This document shows positions 35,982 to 45,158 of a stretch of DNA of 64,000 nucleotides, piece after piece (within the stretch, counting starts at the first letter, position 1; every line of letters starts with the position of its first letter). The position numbers and the translations under genes are program-made. This stretch comes from an uncultured Candidatus Obscuribacterales bacterium (lineage in GTDB: Bacteria; Cyanobacteriota; Vampirovibrionia; Obscuribacterales; Obscuribacteraceae): NCBI GenBank assembly GCA_964519785.1, contig CAZFKB010000001.1, positions 40,754 to 104,753 of the forward strand, read 5' to 3'. Below the pieces are notes generated by a model. It did not search any database, was not told the DNA's origin, and saw only the letters and a program-made list of their open reading frames with translations.

Positions 35982-37146
35982 TTACTTTTGCTTTCTCTGG
36001 TTTGCGACCAAAAGATACTCCCATGCTTTCGTAGATTGCAACATCGTTCATGTCGACAAATCGCTGAACGATAGCGTCTTTGACGTCCATATAGTTGAGA
36101 TTGCCACACTGGAAAGAAGCTACAGTCACGCCAAAGATTCCTTGCGAAATAAGCTCTACCGCGGCTGCTCCAGCTTCAAGACCAAAGTTTGCGTCATATG
36201 CCGAGGAAAATCCGCAACGCACCAGGTGACCAGGGCGAATGTCGCGCACTTCAGGAATTTCGTAAACACCTTCGACAAACTGTCCTGTGCGCTTCATGAA
36301 TTCTTTGATTTCAGCGTCTTTCTTGATGCGGTCTTCGATTTGTTTGACCACGTATTTGCCAGCGCCCATTAGCTTTCTGTGACCAAATGAATCGGGCTCA
36401 GAGCTCATATCAACCAGCTCATTACCTGAAGCGTCACGTAGACCTTCGGCTACCACAACCATTACAGTGCCTGCTTTTACGTCTGATTTTTCGATTCGTG
36501 AAACAAATGCATCTTTGACGTGTTTGTACAAAACATCAAAATCTACAGGTACTTCAGGGATCAAAATGGCATCAGCATCGGCTGCCACACCGCCTCTAAA
36601 AGCGGTGTGACCTGCGTATCTACCAAAAACTTCAAGCACGATGATTCGATTATGTGTGCGCCCTGTTGTGCGCAAATCGCGCACTTCTTCCTGGATTCGA
36701 TTAATAGTCGAATCGCCTCCCACGCTGTAAGGCATGAGGTCGAGGTCCATTGTTTTAGGTGCGTGGACGCATGGAATGCCGTTTTCGGACAAGTCTTTGA
36801 CTACAGACCCGGTATCGTCTCCGCCTGAAATTACAAGAGCATCAATCTTGAATTTCTTGAGCCCGTCCTTGATTCGGTCATATTTTTTGTCATCTTTGAT
36901 CTTGGAAATCTTGACTCTTGAGTTACCGGCTTCGCTTCCTGCGACAAATACAGGTATTTGCTCGATACGGTCGTGGGTAAGTTGGGTCAATTCTTTGAGG
37001 TCAATCAGGTTATAGAGCCCCGCATAGCCATTTGGAATAATCCAGGTCGAATAGCCTTTGCTCAATCCTGTGAGCGCCGCCCCTTTGATGACGCCATTTA
37101 GTCCGCCACAATCGCCGCCTGAAGTGATAATTCCTATGTTTTTCAT
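35935..37146 (-). CDS. 6-phosphofructokinase with PPi-type sequence determinants
   Basis: IGIITSGGDCGGLN; GGDDT (36811-36825); PKTMDLD (36739-36759). The ATG at 37146 has GGGAG upstream. The 3' end overlaps the next gene by 47 nt. Confidence 0.88.
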   Translation of the reverse strand: MKNIGIITSGGDCGGLNGVIKGAALTGLSKGYSTWIIPNGYAGLYNLIDLKELTQLTHDRIEQIPVFVAGSEAGNSRVKISKIKDDKKYDRIKDGLKKFKIDALVISGGDDTGSVVKDLSENGIPCVHAPKTMDLDLMPYSVGGDSTINRIQEEVRDLRTTGRTHNRIIVLEVFGRYAGHTAFRGGVAADADAILIPEVPVDFDVLYKHVKDAFVSRIEKSDVKAGTVMVVVAEGLRDASGNELVDMSSEPDSFGHRKLMGAGKYVVKQIEDRIKKDAEIKEFMKRTGQFVEGVYEIPEVRDIRPGHLVRCGFSSAYDANFGLEAGAAAVELISQGIFGVTVASFQCGNLNYMDVKDAIVQRFVDMNDVAIYESMGVSFGRKPEKAKVNAQKIPATPRPVRAY

Positions 37147-37347
37147 TGTTGCTCCCAAAAAATGTCCTGGACTGAAAAATTGAACCATTAAACTAGTTAT
37201 TACTGTTTAACGACTTTTTATGGGGCATTATCGCCCACAGGTGCCGAAGGTTCTTGAAAACTGTAAAGTGCCCAGCTGACCACTCTCCTAATTAATGTTA
37301 TAAAGAGGTCTACTCTCTATTGTTTAGGGTTATCAGGCAGGATATTT

Positions 37348-38361
37348 ATGCAAGAGCAAAAAGCAAAGGACATTCTGGCAGACGTTACGAGTGAAAACGT
37401 CGAGCCATACCGCGAATTCTGGCGTCAGGCGGTCGCTGTTCAAGGCTCGATTATGATGCACGTCCTTCCAAATGTCATTTTGTCTGGAGTGGTCGCAACA
37501 GTAATTTGCATTGGCGCTCATTACATGAAGACCCAGCATAATTTCCAAATTGGTTTTAACGTTTCTCTATACGAAGTCGTTGGCGGTGCGCTCGGTTTGT
37601 TGCTTGTTTTGCGAACCAATGCTGGCTACGATCGCTGGTGGGAGGGACGTAAACTCTGGGGTGGAATAGTGAACCAGAGCCGTAACTTGTGTATAAATGC
37701 TTTGTCTTATGGACCCAACGATTCTGAATGGCGTTCTAAATTTGTACGCTGGGTGGCTGTTTTTGGACATGTCTCTCGAATGAGACTGAGAGGCGAAACT
37801 GAATCTATTGAGGTTTCAAATCTTATCGGTGAGCAAGCTGCTCAAGAATTGTGTCAGGCTGAGCATATGCCAAGCTCTGTTTCGATGATGCTTGGTGGAA
37901 TGCTCAAAGACGCTTGCGATAGTAAGCAAATGTCAGAGCTTGCGTTTTTGCAGGCAGAACAAGAGCGAGCCAAGCTCATTGACCACGTTGGCGCGTGTGA
38001 GCGTATTTTGCGTACACCACTGGCGATGGCATACTCGGTTAAAATCAGACAGTTCATCGCTTTGTTCATTCTTACTTTGCCATTTGCGTTGGTCAACAGT
38101 CTTGGCGCTTACTGGCAGGTTCCGCTGCTTACAATGATGGTTGCGTATCCACTTTTGTCGCTCGACCAATTAGGTGTCGAATTGCAAAATCCATTTTCCA
38201 CCAAGAATTTGAGCCATTTGCCATTGACCGAAATAAGCAAGGCGATTGAAAAGAACGTACTTAATCTGCTTCGTGCCAAAACCGCTAAAGCAAATGATCT
38301 CGACTTTAAAGTTCGCGAACAAAAGCGTACAGAAGAATTGATTTCATTCTTGAGCAAATAA
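37348..38361 (+). CDS. Bestrophin-like (UPF0187/YneE) ion channel
   Basis: RTNAGYDRWWEGRKLWGGIVNQSRNL is the hallmark segment. Four TM helices are present. Confidence 0.8.
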   Translation: MQEQKAKDILADVTSENVEPYREFWRQAVAVQGSIMMHVLPNVILSGVVATVICIGAHYMKTQHNFQIGFNVSLYEVVGGALGLLLVLRTNAGYDRWWEGRKLWGGIVNQSRNLCINALSYGPNDSEWRSKFVRWVAVFGHVSRMRLRGETESIEVSNLIGEQAAQELCQAEHMPSSVSMMLGGMLKDACDSKQMSELAFLQAEQERAKLIDHVGACERILRTPLAMAYSVKIRQFIALFILTLPFALVNSLGAYWQVPLLTMMVAYPLLSLDQLGVELQNPFSTKNLSHLPLTEISKAIEKNVLNLLRAKTAKANDLDFKVREQKRTEELISFLSK

Positions 38362-38372
38362 ATACGGCAAAT

Positions 38373-39224
38373 TTAGCGTGGCAACCAGTAAGGTGAAACA
38401 ACGGTGCCGCGATTCAATTCTTCCTCAGCCTTATTTGTTATTGTCAGGGCGTCTTGATATCGAGTACGGCACTCGTTAACCAATTCTTGGAAGGGCTCCA
38501 AAAGAACTTGGCTGCCCTTTTGTATGCGAGCACGGCGTCGTTTGAAATCGTCAGGAGTTTCACCATAATTTGGGAAAACGGGCAGTGCCACTTCAATTTG
38601 TTTTTTTGCTTCTTCTAGTTGATCTTGGGACGCACGCATGTTCGATTCTGCTTCAGACAGGACCTGGCGTGCTCCACCAAAGAGATAACTGCCTTGTTGA
38701 TAGCTGGACCAGCCCATGAAATTGGTCAGGCTGGGACCGTTTTGACTGTATTGATTAATGCGAGGTAGGCGGCGCTTTATACTTTCCAGTTCTTCTGGTT
38801 TTACAGAAATGTCGTCTTCTTGAGGGGAGGTTGGCTGATTTTGAGTTTGATTTGCCGTCTTTGGTTGAAGTTCGTTTGAACTGCCTTTGTAGTTGTATTT
38901 TTGGAGAAGTGCCTTTACCTGACCCGCATAAGTACTAGCTGGGTCAAGGTGAAAGCTCTGAGAAAATTGTGCTAGGGCGTCATTTCTTTTGCCCATTTGC
39001 AGTAATGCGAGTCCGTAAAGGTAATGTGACTTTGCATTGTCGGGATTCTGGTCCACAAGCTTTTTGAAATAGCCGGCAGCCGAGGTGTAATCTTTAGCCT
39101 GGTAGTAACGCATTCCGTAACTTTCATACACAGAAGTTGCGGCTAACACAGCCGTCTGGGCTGTGGCTGTCATGACACAGCCAATCGCTAGTTTGAAACA
39201 GTTTTTGGAAAGTTGAGTGTTCAT
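38373..39224 (-). CDS. Secreted TPR protein
   Basis: Its signal peptide and N-terminal TPR pair are paralogous to those of the 29029 and 62159 gene products. The C-terminal part is coiled-coil-like. Confidence 0.7.
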   Translation of the reverse strand: MNTQLSKNCFKLAIGCVMTATAQTAVLAATSVYESYGMRYYQAKDYTSAAGYFKKLVDQNPDNAKSHYLYGLALLQMGKRNDALAQFSQSFHLDPASTYAGQVKALLQKYNYKGSSNELQPKTANQTQNQPTSPQEDDISVKPEELESIKRRLPRINQYSQNGPSLTNFMGWSSYQQGSYLFGGARQVLSEAESNMRASQDQLEEAKKQIEVALPVFPNYGETPDDFKRRRARIQKGSQVLLEPFQELVNECRTRYQDALTITNKAEEELNRGTVVSPYWLPR

Positions 39225-39285
39225 CGCTATAGTTTAGGCCCAAAGAGCTGAAAACTAAACATTACACTTTTTTGTTTCATGTTCT

Positions 39286-40860
39286 ATGCTATTAAAGGGT
39301 CTAGAAACTCTTGAGGGACAAGGTTCACCAAGCTTGAATTTAAGCAAATATCTTAGATTGGAAGATATTAGCGACCATGGTCTCCAGATTCCGGAGCAGG
39401 CGCTATACTGCGTTTTGCTGGTTTCTACAAAGAACAAGGATTGTTCAAGTCTGATTAAGCAATTACCCGTTGGGGTTCAGAATCAGCTTGTGTTCTCTTC
39501 TTTGACCGAACCTGATGCTACCATTTCGCGTCTTGAACATGAAAATTTTGACGCGGTTGTGATTTCGATCGACCCGCAAGCGGGTAAGGAACTTGGTCTT
39601 TTGACCACAATCAAAAAAATGGCTCCTGATTTGCCAGTAATTGTTTTGGCTGACTACAAACACCGCGAGCTAGCGAGTCAGGCCATCAAGAAAGGTGCGC
39701 ACGATTTTTTGGTAGTTGATTCAACCACACCCCTTGAGTTGCTCAGGATGCGGGTGAGCTCAATAATCCAAAAGGAAAAAGCTGAAATTGACAAGCTAGG
39801 TTATGCTCGCCTGGAGAAATTCGTTTTGCGAAGCGTGGTCGAAAACTCGCCTTTGCTCTTTGTGCGCTTTGATCACTCGTTCAATATCATTGATTGCAAT
39901 AAGTTTTTCGAACAAAAGCTCGGCGCCACTAGGCAAGAATTGCGAGGGCGCTCGATGTTCGAAGTTTTACAGCAAGTTGAGTTCGAAGAATTTCAACAGC
40001 TTGCAATGGGGCAACCACTGCTTTCTAAGCGCCTTACGCTTCGAGGCGAAAAAGATAACAGTTATGTCGATACCTTTTTCAATTTCTTTAGCTGGTCTTT
40101 TGCGCGCGCTAATAGTCAGGAAAGCGAAATCATTTTGCTTGGCGTAGATATTACCGGTTCGGTTAAATCGAAATATTTGCAGGAAGAGTTCGTTGCAGCT
40201 ATTGCGCACGATTTGCGCAATCCGATTTTGGGGCACGAACAAGTTTTTTCAGCGATTATTGACAAGAATATCAATCCTTATGGAGACATGACTGATTCTT
40301 TGCGAGCCATAAGATCTAGTAATCTCAAAGTGTTGCAGTTGCTAGATACTTTGCTCGATGTTTATAAGATGGATAGTTCGGAGCGAATACCCAGGGTTGA
40401 AGGTGCTTGTTTCAACGAGGCAGTGCATTCTCAAATAGGCGAAATGCAATTGGTGGCAGACACTGGTCAGCAAAAAATACATCTGAAACTTGATTCTAAT
40501 CTTCCGAAAGCGGCTATTGATCAAGTGTCAGCCTTTAGAATCGTTTCCAACCTTTTATTCAACGCAGTTAAAAACTCGCCCAAAAAAGCTGAGATAACAG
40601 TGTCGACACGTGCGAACGAAGATTCAGTTATCTTGGAAATTAGCAATCCGCCTATAGCTGCGCAATCAATCGAACTTGCAAACATGTTTGAGCGTTTTGC
40701 TTTTGCTAACAGACAAGAAGGGCATAAACGCTCTACGTCTGGTCTTGGTCTGTATTTTTGCAAAAAGACTCTAGACAATTACAATGGCAGTATCACTTGT
40801 ATTCAGGAAAGAGACCCTTCAGTTGTCACTTTTATTGTAAGCGTCCCCCTTTTGAAATAA
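39286..40860 (+). CDS. Histidine kinase with N-terminal receiver-like domain and PAS
   Basis: REC-like segment (VVISID...PVIVLAD...KKGAHDFL). PAS region. H-box AAIAHDLRNP. HATPase_c boxes (NLLFNAVKN, GLGLYFC). The exact start is uncertain. Confidence 0.85.
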   Translation: MLLKGLETLEGQGSPSLNLSKYLRLEDISDHGLQIPEQALYCVLLVSTKNKDCSSLIKQLPVGVQNQLVFSSLTEPDATISRLEHENFDAVVISIDPQAGKELGLLTTIKKMAPDLPVIVLADYKHRELASQAIKKGAHDFLVVDSTTPLELLRMRVSSIIQKEKAEIDKLGYARLEKFVLRSVVENSPLLFVRFDHSFNIIDCNKFFEQKLGATRQELRGRSMFEVLQQVEFEEFQQLAMGQPLLSKRLTLRGEKDNSYVDTFFNFFSWSFARANSQESEIILLGVDITGSVKSKYLQEEFVAAIAHDLRNPILGHEQVFSAIIDKNINPYGDMTDSLRAIRSSNLKVLQLLDTLLDVYKMDSSERIPRVEGACFNEAVHSQIGEMQLVADTGQQKIHLKLDSNLPKAAIDQVSAFRIVSNLLFNAVKNSPKKAEITVSTRANEDSVILEISNPPIAAQSIELANMFERFAFANRQEGHKRSTSGLGLYFCKKTLDNYNGSITCIQERDPSVVTFIVSVPLLK

Positions 40861-41491
40861 CAAAAGAAGTTGTGCCTTGAGGCTCGATTTTAGCGAAATC
40901 TGAAACTTTGAATTGAGGGCGACCGAATATTTTGACGTCTTCTAAAATACCCAAATATTCGGTGTTGTCGCCAATCAAGAAGACAAATTTTTCTGGAACT
41001 AAATAGCGACCGATACACTTTTGATCGCTTTTAGAATTCTCATTTTGATGCAGTGTTATCTTTATGACCTCGCCACCTTTTGAAGGCGTAGTTTGATTAC
41101 TAATCACGTTTGGAGGCAATACGATTTTTGCTTCAGGCGCATAAATTTCTACCAGATCACCTGGCAGTCCAGCTACGCGTCTAAAATGAGCCGTTTCGCC
41201 TGTTTGTCCATTGATTCTAGCTAGCGCTAAAAGCATTTTTTGCCAACTGTTTTTTTCTTTTGGGTTCAAGAATTCAGGGTAAAACAGAACAATTTCACCT
41301 CTTTTAAAAGGTTGGTTCAGATAAGGGCTAAATTTCTCGACAAAGAGCAGGTCGTTTATTTTAAGAGTTGGAAGCATTGCAGACGAGGTTATTTCGCGTA
41401 TCTCAAATGGCAGCGACGATATGATCGAAAGAATTAGATTGGCAGCAAAATTTAAAAAAATCATTCCTGCGATTGCAAAAATTGCTCTCAT
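40832..41491 (-). CDS. Signal peptidase I (S26) homologue lacking both catalytic residues
   Basis: Box B reads TSSAMLPTL where S26 enzymes have SGSMxPTL, with the Ala codon at 41378-41380. Box D reads HFRRVAGLPGD where they have xxKRxxGLPGD. Box E retains GDN but lacks S.DSR. Confidence 0.7.
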   Translation of the reverse strand: MRAIFAIAGMIFLNFAANLILSIISSLPFEIREITSSAMLPTLKINDLLFVEKFSPYLNQPFKRGEIVLFYPEFLNPKEKNSWQKMLLALARINGQTGETAHFRRVAGLPGDLVEIYAPEAKIVLPPNVISNQTTPSKGGEVIKITLHQNENSKSDQKCIGRYLVPEKFVFLIGDNTEYLGILEDVKIFGRPQFKVSDFAKIEPQGTTSFVISKGGRLQ

Positions 41492-42117
41492 ACCTGCACC
41501 TCTTTTTTTGCTTCCGATGCATTTTCTGTCATGTTCAAATAAAGGACTACAAGCGCAATGGTGAAGACCAGCTCTATTATGAATTGCAGGTGAAGAGGTG
41601 AAAAATATAGAGTGGTGCCTAATAAAAAGAGCGGGGCGATGAGACGCGAATATCCCAGCGTTAATCTGAAACTTGATTTTAGAGATTCAATTAGAGGTTT
41701 CTTTTTGTCTATCAATTCAAGACTGGCAACTGAAAATCTTATGCAAACAAACATACCAGGCAGGACCAAAGCAATGATACCGATACTGGTGGCAACAAGA
41801 TAGGTAAAGAACAAAACAAAAAATATCGGAGCTAGTTTTAATTCTGAAAATAATTGACCAAAACTCACTTTCTGACCTCGACTTGCGCAGAGGATCATTT
41901 TCAAAAAACCAGACTCTAACCATGACCAGACAATCCAGTTAGTGAGAGTGGCAAGAGCGAGATTCAAATAAGTATAATTGACAGTGAGGGCAAAAATAAA
42001 ACCACTAGCCAGTGTAGCCAGAAATGTGCGCAAAATTGCAGCGCTCAAAAGTTTGAACCAGTGTTTTTCTACAATAGAAAAAACGTCTTGGAACCAGCGT
42101 TTGAGCTTGATTTTCAT
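41488..42117 (-). CDS. Polytopic membrane protein, unknown function
   Basis: Five to six hydrophobic helices. It has 4-nt ATGA overlaps with both neighbours. Confidence 0.6.
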   Translation of the reverse strand: MKIKLKRWFQDVFSIVEKHWFKLLSAAILRTFLATLASGFIFALTVNYTYLNLALATLTNWIVWSWLESGFLKMILCASRGQKVSFGQLFSELKLAPIFFVLFFTYLVATSIGIIALVLPGMFVCIRFSVASLELIDKKKPLIESLKSSFRLTLGYSRLIAPLFLLGTTLYFSPLHLQFIIELVFTIALVVLYLNMTENASEAKKEVQV

Positions 42118-42602
42118 TGATTGGAATTTGGGCTGGTACTAAGACTTGTGTGGTCGTGTATGACTTTCCATGCCGATTTTTCATTTTGGCGTGTTAAAAC
42201 AAGACTGAAAACTCCTTCCATCTCTTTATTTTCTTTGCCGACTAAATGCCAGCGTCCAACACATAGTGCGTTGTTTCTACCAAGTTCTATTTCTTGCAAA
42301 ATGGTGAAGTCCAGTTTTCCCATAGTGTCGCTATTTTTGCCATAGCGCTTTTCATAATGCTCTAAAAGCGCATCGTAGCCTTTGATAATTTTGCCTGCAG
42401 AGGTATACGAAATTTCGTTTGAATGCTTATATCCAGTCATAAAGGTCTTTAGGTCGCCCTTATTCCAAGCGTCTGCTTGCATATCGAGCAAGGATTTTAT
42501 ACTGTCCTTTTGTTTGCCTTTTGCAGAATTGTTCGACAAGAATGCATTCGACAAAAACGTTACAGTGACAATCGAAAGAAGTGAAAGCAGTTTTTTGTTC
42601 AA
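42114..42602 (-). CDS. Secreted NTF2-like (DUF4440/SnoaL-like) protein
   Basis: Signal peptide, then QADAWNKGDLKTFMTGY ... GRWHL ... WKVIHDHTS, a typical DUF4440 pattern. Confidence 0.7.
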   Translation of the reverse strand: MNKKLLSLLSIVTVTFLSNAFLSNNSAKGKQKDSIKSLLDMQADAWNKGDLKTFMTGYKHSNEISYTSAGKIIKGYDALLEHYEKRYGKNSDTMGKLDFTILQEIELGRNNALCVGRWHLVGKENKEMEGVFSLVLTRQNEKSAWKVIHDHTSLSTSPNSNQ

Positions 42603-42733
42603 AGCATCCTCGATGAAAGCCAGGGGCGGGTCTAAAATATCATAGCCGACTTCGTAGAATCACCCATGACATTTGCTCAAATCGTATATAGAGTAAGAAT
42701 ACCCCCCTGTTTTTAAATGTTCTTTTCTATTTA

Positions 42734-44251
42734 ATGAGTACATCTCAACCAAACCTAGAGCAGAATTTTCAACCAGAATTACATCTGGTGACAAATGACG
42801 ATAAAGCGACGAGATTGGCGCTGTCTCAAGAATATTCAGCTTTACCTCCCACCACTCCTGAGCTTTCGCCTGAAGCAAGAGCAGTTGATCGCTCAAAAAT
42901 GGAGCGTCTGGCTGACAATGTTTACCAGACTGTGTTCAGCTATGGTCCAACGCACGATTATGTTAATAGTGTCGAGAATTTGTTTCCACTTTCAAGCACT
43001 TCTAAAAACAAGCTTTGGGATTTGCTTTCAAATACTTCGGCAAGCGAATTGAGAGCGATGGCAGACATATTCAAGCAAAAATATGGTCGAGCACTCGATA
43101 ATTCGGCTACTCCTAAAACTTTGCATGAAATGTTGCAAGCACGCTTGTCTCAAGATGATATGAAAAATTTCAGTCATTTGATGACACGCGAATCGGAAGT
43201 GCCTGTCAAAGAGCTTGTAGACGGCGCCACACTCAAAACTGAGTTGGGCAGAGATTTGAAAATAGGCGAAGTTAATCGTGGCATAAAATTGTCAGATGGT
43301 CGGACCATGGACCTTTTTATTCCTCGCAATGCCAGACAACCGATGCCTTTAATGGTTGTGTTAAACGGAGCTAGATTGGCAGGCGATCCGGATCCTGGTG
43401 CTGATGGCAAAGCGCCTGGGGTAATGGAGCGTGAAACTGGACTCAATATGGTTGCAAGCGATAAAGGCTTTGCAGTTGCTTATGTTTACGCCAAATCTCC
43501 AAACAACACTGGTAACACATCCTGGAACATGATTGGCGATACCAACAATCCATTTAAAAATGGTGCTCCAACCGATAGTTCTTATGACGATGTTCAGTAT
43601 CTGGATAACGCAATCGCCCAGGCAAAGGCTTTGCTAAGAATCGACAATAATCGTGTTGGGCTTACTGGATTTTCAGATGGTGCGCGTGCACTGCAACAGT
43701 ATGCTGCGATTCGTCCAGATCAGGTGTCGGCTGTGATGATCGGGGAAGGCTACGTTTTTAGCAATGACAGAAAGTTCCAAACTTCTAGTGGTCCTGCTGC
43801 ACTGCCCGAAAATACCAATATTGCAGCAATGATTGTTCATGGCACAAATGACATGATGGTTCCTTACAATCAAGGACGAAAAATAGATGGAGTTATGCAA
43901 GGTCAGGGCTTTTATACCTGGGCTGCTCGTAATCTGCAAGGATTGAATATGCCTGGTGCAGATTATTCAACTCCCTGGGCACAGGCTAACAATTGGAGAA
44001 TGTCCAACAGGTTGAGTGCGCTTCATTCAGTGACATCGACTGATCGCGAATTCAGCGAACGCTATGCTGATCCCAAAAAGATAAAGGCCCCTGTGGAAGA
44101 ATATTTAGTGACAAATGGAAATCATGCGTGGAATGCCTGGCAGAATCAAACCGGTGGATTATGGTTCCTGCCTTATACTTCGCCCGATAGATCGTTTGAT
44201 TTCAGCAGCAAATTTGGTCAGTTCTTGATTGAAAATTCCAAGAAAAGATAA
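42734..44251 (+). CDS. Alpha/beta-hydrolase (PHB depolymerase/esterase-like) with novel N-terminal region
   Basis: PLMVVLNGA, nucleophile elbow GFSDGA, and HGTNDMMVP in the C-terminal 330 aa. The N-terminal 150 aa are helical and unassigned. Confidence 0.7.
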   Translation: MSTSQPNLEQNFQPELHLVTNDDKATRLALSQEYSALPPTTPELSPEARAVDRSKMERLADNVYQTVFSYGPTHDYVNSVENLFPLSSTSKNKLWDLLSNTSASELRAMADIFKQKYGRALDNSATPKTLHEMLQARLSQDDMKNFSHLMTRESEVPVKELVDGATLKTELGRDLKIGEVNRGIKLSDGRTMDLFIPRNARQPMPLMVVLNGARLAGDPDPGADGKAPGVMERETGLNMVASDKGFAVAYVYAKSPNNTGNTSWNMIGDTNNPFKNGAPTDSSYDDVQYLDNAIAQAKALLRIDNNRVGLTGFSDGARALQQYAAIRPDQVSAVMIGEGYVFSNDRKFQTSSGPAALPENTNIAAMIVHGTNDMMVPYNQGRKIDGVMQGQGFYTWAARNLQGLNMPGADYSTPWAQANNWRMSNRLSALHSVTSTDREFSERYADPKKIKAPVEEYLVTNGNHAWNAWQNQTGGLWFLPYTSPDRSFDFSSKFGQFLIENSKKR

Positions 44252-44263
44252 ATCTAGTTTTGC

Positions 44264-45064
44264 TTAAATCTGTTCGTTCCAGCCTTCTTCCATATACTTT
44301 TTCACGTCCAGGAAGAAGCGAGCTGCTTGTGCTCCGTCCATTACGCGATGGTCGAAATTAAGTGAAACAGTCATCATTGGCTTGACCACTTGTTCTTCGT
44401 TTTGTAGCACCATGCGATTTTCTATTATTCCGATGCCGAATACCGATGTGCTTACAGGCGGTGCTGAAACTACTGTTGTTCCAAGCGAACCTAGTGAGGT
44501 AAGTCCGAAAGTAGATCTTACATATCTAAGACGAAACGAGGGAAAAACAGTGCCTAACCACATGATTGTGCGACGAATAAAGAAAGGCAAATGAGCAAAA
44601 TCGTATTGTTGCTTCAAGTATGGAATCGAATTGATTTCGGCATCGTGATACTCTTTAAGTTCTTTGGAAATTTCCACGACCGAGCGCTCATGTGGAGATG
44701 CGATTTCGCCAAACAAAACAATTGGGTCCTGGTCAACGAATTTTTCTACAGTAAATCCACCTGTAATATTTTCAAACGTAAGCAGGCGCTCACCTGGTAA
44801 AAGTACAGAGCGGCTGATTGGGTGCTCTTTTTGTGCCAGTGCGATAGCTTTTATTAAAAGTGCAGTTGGAGTTACACGAATTTCGTTTTCGGCAAAACGC
44901 GATATCAGTTGCGATGCCCATGTCATGTCAACGTCATAAAAGAGACGGGCTGTCACAGCGGGTTCGCCGTACATCGCTAGTAAGTCGAGTACGACTCTGC
45001 GACCAATTGGAAGTGGTCTTATATTTGGTGCGGCGACCAGACTTTGATAATTGAGTTGCAGCAT
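44264..45064 (-). CDS. 2-oxoacid dehydrogenase acyltransferase catalytic-domain-only protein
   Basis: The C-terminal active-site motif DHRVMDG (44333-44353) sits in the context VSLNFDHRVMDGAQAARF. There is no lipoyl or subunit-binding domain in the 266 aa. Confidence 0.75.
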   Translation of the reverse strand: MLQLNYQSLVAAPNIRPLPIGRRVVLDLLAMYGEPAVTARLFYDVDMTWASQLISRFAENEIRVTPTALLIKAIALAQKEHPISRSVLLPGERLLTFENITGGFTVEKFVDQDPIVLFGEIASPHERSVVEISKELKEYHDAEINSIPYLKQQYDFAHLPFFIRRTIMWLGTVFPSFRLRYVRSTFGLTSLGSLGTTVVSAPPVSTSVFGIGIIENRMVLQNEEQVVKPMMTVSLNFDHRVMDGAQAARFFLDVKKYMEEGWNEQI

Positions 45065-45158
45065 TCTATCGATCCGCCTTGCGTGCTGGGAATTTTCTAG
45101 ATCATTTCTAGCGCAGGTCTGGATTTTAAGAGCGTTAGATGGCTTGCAATAAAATTGA

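Noticed and set aside
42660-42896. 78-aa minus-strand ORF across the start of the esterase gene
   Set aside because: It overlaps the 5' end of a better-supported gene and lies in what is more plausibly a divergent promoter region. It shows no motifs.
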